64,000 nucleotides of DNA from Octopus vulgaris (lineage: Eukaryota), in assembly GCA_951406725.2 (NCBI GenBank), contig OX597824.1:54064001-54128000 (forward strand), in the 5' to 3' direction. The position numbers and the translations under genes are program-made. Shown one piece after another: positions 54,822 through 64,000 of the stretch. The notes beneath the pieces were generated by a model. It made no database searches. It was given only the letters and a program-made list of their open reading frames with translations, and had not been told where the DNA came from. How positions within the stretch are numbered: the first letter of the stretch is position 1; every line of letters starts with the position of its first letter.

Positions 54822-56248
54822 TATAAATGTATAAAGAATCATTGGATTTCAAAAATCTGCCCATGCTGTACCACCATTCAGCATAGAGTGAATGTTAAAT
54901 AGATTGGATTGAGTTTATATTTAATTTGCTTGTATAAGATAGAAGGATAGAAAATAGAAAATAAAAAATAAAGAATAAGAGTAATGGAAGCAAAAGACAA
55001 TAGAAGCAAATGATGAGTAATTTTTACTTTTATTACTCGTCTTTTGCTTCCATTACTCTTATCCTTAAGCTCTATGGGATACCAGACAAAATTATTTCTG
55101 CCATCAAGGTCCTCTACACAGATACATCTTCAACCATCTTAACCTCTGATGGAGAAACATCATCTTTCTCAATCAAAGCCGGAATACTGCAGGGAGACAC
55201 ACTCGCCCCATTTCTTTTCATCATTGTTGTTGATTATGTGCTACGTATGTCAGTTGATACCATCTCTGGCAAGGGCTTTGAAATAAAACCAAGAAGAAGT
55301 TCCAGACACCCAGCTGAGTACTTGACAGACACTGACTTTGCTGACGACATCGCTCTTATCAGTGATTCTCTCTCCAATGCCCAGTCTCTTTTACAATCTC
55401 TTGAACAAGCCTCAAATTGTGTAGGTCTTTACCTCAATGAGGCCAAAACTGAATACATAAACAAGTGCCTATCCAACAGTGATTGCATCATCCATACTCT
55501 CAACAGTGCACCTTTAAATATGGTTTCTGATTATAAATATCTTGGGTCATACATATCATCATCTGGAAAAGACTTTCTAACTAGAAAGGGTATGGCCTGG
55601 TCAGCCTGTAATGACATACATAAGATCTGGTCATCAAATCTAAGTAGAGACTTCAAACTTGAAATATTCAAAGCCACAGTCGAACCAATTCTACTATATG
55701 GCTCAGAAACCTGGACGTTATCAAAGAAGCTTGATAGGCGGTTGGATGGAACCTACACTCGCCTCCTTATGAGAGCTCAAAACCTCTCGTGGAAGCGCCA
55801 TCCAACCAAAATGCAAATATATGGGAAACTACCACCTGTGTCATCTCTTGTGAAAGGTAGGAGAGTCCAGTTTGCTGGACATTGTTGTAGAGCTGAAAAA
55901 GAAGTAATTTCTACTCTTCTCCTCTGGAAGCCATCTACTCGCAATACCAGAGGGCGCACACTCTCCTACCCTGATGTAATCTCCAGGGATACAGGCATCC
56001 AGCAACAGGACCTCCGAATTCCATTGTCTCAACCACGGTTGAACAATGATGATGATGATTACTCTTATTGTTTATTTTTTATTTTTTATTTTTAACTTTT
56101 ATTTTTTCTTTCTATCATATTTTCCTTCTATCTTATACGAGCAAATTAAATATAAACTCAATCCAATCTATTTAACATTCACTCTATTCTGAATGGTGGT
56201 ACAGCATGGGCAGATTTTTGAAATCCAATGATTCTTTATACATTTATA
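54822..56248. repeat. Fold-back inverted repeat (~175 bp arms) whose right arm is split by a LINE
   Basis: 54822-54998 is the reverse complement of 55039-55062 plus 56069-56248. Confidence 0.85.
55063..56057 (+). mobile_element. 5'-truncated RTE-like LINE of a second family
   Basis: Open RT (GILQGDTLAPFLF, DFADDIAL, LLYGSETW, FAGHC) and a (GAT)n tail. 11-bp TSD attactcttat at 55052-55062 and 56058-56068. Confidence 0.92.
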
Positions 56249-56250
56249 AA

Positions 56251-57775
56251 TAGGACCACTCCTTGAAAAGGATGGTAAACTCACAGGAAATCCAATGAGG
56301 ATAAGTGAAATACTAAATGAGCAATTCAAGAGTATTTTCACTCCACCCCTAGGGCATTTTCAAGTCAGCAATCCAACTGACTTCTTTACCACTGCAGATA
56401 TAAAGTCAGAGGCAGCGATGTAATAAAGGCTATAGATGAAATGAACCCAAACTCAGCTACTGGCCCCGATGGATTCTCAGCAATCCTTCTAAAAGTATGT
56501 AAGAGAATCCTAGCAAGATCACTGCAGTTCCTCTTTCAGAGCTTCTTTGCAACTGGCAAACTTCCAAGAAAACTGAAGAAAGGTAAAATATGCCCTATTC
56601 ATAAAAAAGGTAGCAGAGCGGAGGCCAAGAACTATAGACCTATCTCTCAAACCTCACACATCAGCAAGGTCATGGAACGAATAGTTAGAAGGAAACTAAT
56701 CGCCTTCCTTGAAGAAAATAACTTGCTGCCTGACACCCAACATGGTTTCTGAACAGGGGAAGCTGCCTAACTCAGCTCCTACAACACTATGACTAGGTGC
56801 TGAAACAACTGCTCAACCACTCAAATGTGGAAGTCATATATCTCGACTTTTGAAAGACCTTTGATAAAGTCGATCATGGAATGATATGTCACAAACTGCG
56901 TGATCTCAGCATAGTTGGAAAACTGAGAGAATGGCTTCATGACTTTCTGAAAGATAGAAGTCAGGTGGTAGTAGCCAATGGGGCCACTTCCGTTAACACG
57001 CAAATAGTGAGCGGTGTTCCACAGGGCACTGTTTTGGGACCACTACTGTTCATAATGGCCCTCTCAGACATGCCCTCAGCCACGCAGAGAGCCCCGATCA
57101 CAAGTTATGCAGATGATACAAAAGTTTCACAGGCAATACAGAACCCTGAGGACACTAAACGCCTGCAATGTGAGCTGGACAAAATATACAAGTGGGCTGA
57201 AAAGAATAGCATGCAGTTCAATGCTGAAAAGTTTCAAGCTTTATACTATCAGCATGCAAAACTAAATGCAATACCCAATGAATACACTGGACCCGTGAGA
57301 AAGTGATGACGCAACTTTCCATGAGAAAGATAAGCCATAATATACATCTGGAAGATCCTGGAGGGACTTGTCCCAAACTTTGGCATTGAGAGTTACACAA
57401 ATGCCAGAACTGAGGCGCCACTGCGTGGTGCCTAGGACTCCAAATTTGCCATCAAGATGTAGGACAAGATACTGTGATAGCCTGGGCTTCCGAGGCCCAC
57501 AGCTCTTCAATATCCTCCCGAAGAACCTAAGAGACCTGCATGGGGTGGATGCAGATGTCTTTAAAATGAAACTGGATCTCTTCTTGTCAGGTATCCCAGA
57601 TGAACCAACTTCACGGCAGGAGGTGCAGATGAGGGCAGCTGCATCGAACTCTCTCATGCACCAAATGGCAGTTGCTAAAAAGCATTTGTGAAGTAAAACC
57701 ATGTAGCAACACCAAATGGCGGTGCCCCAGCATGGCCGCAGCTCGTGAGCTGAAACTAGAATCAATCAATCAATC
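56251..57775 (+). mobile_element. CR1-clade LINE, truncated and degraded
   Basis: TGPDG, NYRPIS.TS, QHGF, YLDF..FDKVDH, GVPQGTVLGP and YADD; (AATC)n tail. Confidence 0.9.
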
Positions 57776-57796
57776 ATATATATATATATATATATC

Positions 57797-60290
57797 CATT
57801 GAGGTATAACCCGCACCAAAGAAAATTAAAAGAACTAATAAGAACTCTCAAGGGTAAGAACGGCATTCTAACCCATTCTGACAAAACCAGTAACATTTAT
57901 AACATTGACATTCCTACATACCATGAATTACTACACAAAGAAATTACTAAGAAATATAAAATCGTACCTTTTAACACACTTAGAAAACTGAACCTTGAGA
58001 TTAGAGAAATAATGTTGGATTATTACCTAGAAGAAAAAACGGAACCTTATACCCCCACTAGACCGAGAATCACACTCAAGGACCATAAAGAAAACTTTCT
58101 TGGAAACACGCAGGTCAGATTGATTTGCCCTACCAAATCTGACTTAGGCAGACTGAGCAAACTCATTCTGGATAAATATCTACCTACTATACGTAACAAG
58201 ATTAAACTTAGCCTTTGGAAGAATACTCAAGGTGCACTGGATTGGTTTTCTGCCATTAAGGTCAGTGATAATAATAGAAGTAAATTCATCCAATTTGATA
58301 TACAAAATTACTACACATCCATTAACCCTATTATATTAAATAAGGCTTTAATTTTTGCTAGGAGACACACTAAATTAAGTATGGGTGAGATTAGGGTTAT
58401 CTTAACAGCTAGGAAAACATTAATAGAGTTTGATAATAAACTTTGGGCTAGAAAGGACACACCCAACTTGTTCGACATCACCATGGGATCGCCGGACTCA
58501 GCGGAAGTGACTGATCTAGTTGGGATGTATTTACTAGATAACATTAGTAGGGAATTCCCTGAATTAAAAGGAGGACTATATAGGGATGACGCTTTATTTT
58601 TGGTAAATAATACATCAAATAGGAGACTGGATCTTCTGAAAAAAAGACTAAATAAATTTTTTAAAGTTTTGGCCTATCCATAATTATTGAAAGTGAAAAC
58701 TATTCTGCCAATTATTTGGATGTCAATTGTAACCTTACTAATGGGATACATGAACCTTATATTAAATCCAATTCTAACTTAGTATATATAAACTGTTCTA
58801 GCAATCACCACCCTCAAATAAAAAGAGCACTAGTGCGTAGCATTAGTCAGAGAATTTCTTATCTATCCTAAAACGAGGACATTTTTAATAAGCATTGTGA
58901 TAGATATAATACAGCATTGCTGAAAGCAGGCTACAAAAGTAAAATATGGTATATACCCAAGGATAATCCTTCAAATGGAGGTGGAACTATTGGGAACAAC
59001 GCCAATAGATTTAGGACAAACAATAATAACTGTAAGAAAAGGAAAAATAGGATATATAAAAACGCTTATGATAATTATAGAGGTGTTGTTAACCTCGGAA
59101 CTGTTGAAGGTAGTTTAAATAAATTAGCGCACATAAGTGATGGTAGTAATATTAATAATATGCATATCAAAACTAATGGTAGGTATGATAATAGTAAAGT
59201 TTACTTACGTAATAATTATGGGAATATTGATAATGATAGGCATAACAATGACATTGTTAAGGATAGTAAACATAGGGGATGGTCGAGGAATAAGGTTTTT
59301 ACTAAAAACAACAATTTGATAGGCAACCCTAATACTGATAAGGATACACTATGGCTAATTATCCCATATGCATTGCAGATAAAAACAGACATAGTTAGAG
59401 CTTTGCATAATGTAATATTTAGGCATTTTGGTAAGGGTAAGAATAAATTTGGTCATTTAATTAACAATGGAACTGTTAGAATAGGATATAGCATTACACA
59501 CAATCTAGCCACCATCATCTCCTCTTTTAATAACAGGAAACTGGATTACTTCTATAATGATAGAAAGTTGAACTTAGATAATAGGAATTTGCCTCTCTAT
59601 AAAAGTAGGAACAATATATCTCTTGGAGCTAACGCGAACAACCCTCTTACAAATTATGATGGTACCGTACCTGTAAGGAAAAATATTAATGTAATGGATG
59701 ATACTACTACCACCAATACTATTACTATTGATAGGAATATCGCCAATAATGATAAATCAAATCATTCGTTGAATTTGGGATTGGATGGTAAAAATAATTG
59801 TAACACTACTAATGTGAATGGTGTTACAGGATTGTTGGCCAATGTTAGATTACCCCAACCTGTTCATAACTGTAATTTCAGAAACGGAAATAAATGTGTG
59901 TTTGGTAATCAATGCCTCAAGAGAGAGGTAGTTTATCAATGCACTGTGGATACACAATTTAGTAGTAGGGTATACATCGGAGCAACTATGAATAGCATGA
60001 AACAGAGACTTAATTATCATAGATATACTTTTAGAAATAAAAATAGGATGTACTCTACGGGGTTAAGTGCGTATATTTGGGAACTCAAAAGTAAGAACTT
60101 AGATTTTAAATTAAACTGGAAAATACTAACTTCTGCACCTGTGTATAATGGAAAAAATAAAAAATGCTCTCTATGTATTAATGAAATTTTTTTCATTATC
60201 AAAGCGGGTAGGCCTATTATTAATAACATAAATGAAAAAATTTCTTTTTGCATTCATAAACTACCGCACACTTTCTCTAGATTTAAATAG
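57797..60290 (+). mobile_element. Hydra-like Penelope element ORF (RT + C-terminal GIY-YIG), 5'-truncated, one frameshift and one stop
   Basis: KDHKENF..RLICPTKSDLG, QFDIQNYYTSI, FDITMGS.DSAE..DLVG and LYRDD. After a frameshift at ~58665: NYLDV..SNHHP..ISQRIS. C-terminus CN..C..C..VVY..YIG..R..H..LSAYIW..CSLC..E..CIH. Confidence 0.85.
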
Positions 60291-63213
<2,923 letters not shown>

Positions 63214-63214
63214 A

Positions 63215-63791
63215 CTACAAAATTAGAGAATGGAGAAACATACTTAAATCAGTAAAACATCAACTATCCGATGATACTCTACGATAAATCTAACAACCGT
63301 ATGTTTACTCTGCAACAAACCGGTGTTATAAATTTTAAGTTACCCATGAAATAATTATCTGACTTAGTAACATACTGATATTTAAAAATATATTTATATC
63401 TAAATTAAATATTTTATGGAATGCATGGATGGTTCTTTTTTGTTATTGAGGCACAGTTATAATTTTGAAGGACTAAATGGTAGCATAGTTGCTTCCCTTT
63501 TTTGTTTATCTAAGTGCTAGTTGTTGCTTGTGATTATGTATGTGTATAAGTGTATGTATATACATATAACTATGTGTGTATGTGCGATTGATCTGTAGAT
63601 GCGTGTGTGAATATTGGCGTTCCCTGACTAACCAACCGTATAATTTTCTTTTGTGATTTAAATTTCAAACCAATAGCCAATCGAATTAATCTAAATTTTC
63701 TTTACCTAGTGGTCAGCATTTCTTAACTCATAGTTATTTCGATCTTGAAAGGATGGACTTGGTGCTAACTTAATTGTATCTATTTTTATTA

Positions 63792-63850
<59 letters not shown>

Positions 63851-63940
63851 ATTAATAGTAATTTTTATTAACTTTTATAGCTTTAGAATTTTATGAACTG
63901 TAACATGGTTTTAATTATTATTTTTCATCTCCATATGTGT

Positions 63941-63980
<40 letters not shown>

Positions 63981-64000
63981 CTATTAGCCAAAATATGTAT
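63215..64000 (+). mobile_element. Second, diverged copy of the PLE 3' region, starting with an inverted 3' terminus
   Basis: 63216-63275 is the reverse complement of ~63035-63097. ~63535-63900 aligns with ~62215-62535, including (ATT)n. Confidence 0.65.

Noticed and set aside
55010-56095. 361 aa ORF as a host gene
   Set aside because: It is a truncated LINE RT with a TSD; the N- and C-terminal residues come from the flanking hairpin.

Overview
AT-rich, repeat-saturated animal genomic DNA; the SINE/RTE families and microsatellite load suggest an octopus-like cephalopod (inference). The only host-gene sequence I can support is the first coding exon of a HEATR5 (HEATR5A/B, Laa1) orthologue on the - strand (26603-26728). 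Most of the window is therefore probably intronic. The rest is nested mobile DNA: many RTE LINE copies, CR1-, R4/Dong- and Tx1-type LINE remnants, mariner, piggyBac, Helitron and MITE derivatives, tRNA-derived SINEs, LTR-like units and kb-long (TA/TACA)n microsatellites. The most interesting signal, missed by the ORF track, is a dense Penelope-like-element (PLE) and hammerhead ribozyme (HHR) system. It includes three PLE lineages (Neptune-like, Poseidon-like, Hydra-like) and about 7 type-I HHR motifs plus half-motifs, many in short non-coding units sitting in (TA)n tracts. It also includes six fold-back inverted repeats and a pseudo-LTR that couples a tRNA-like Pol III cassette to an HHR. All calls are from reading the sequence by eye; no searches were run.
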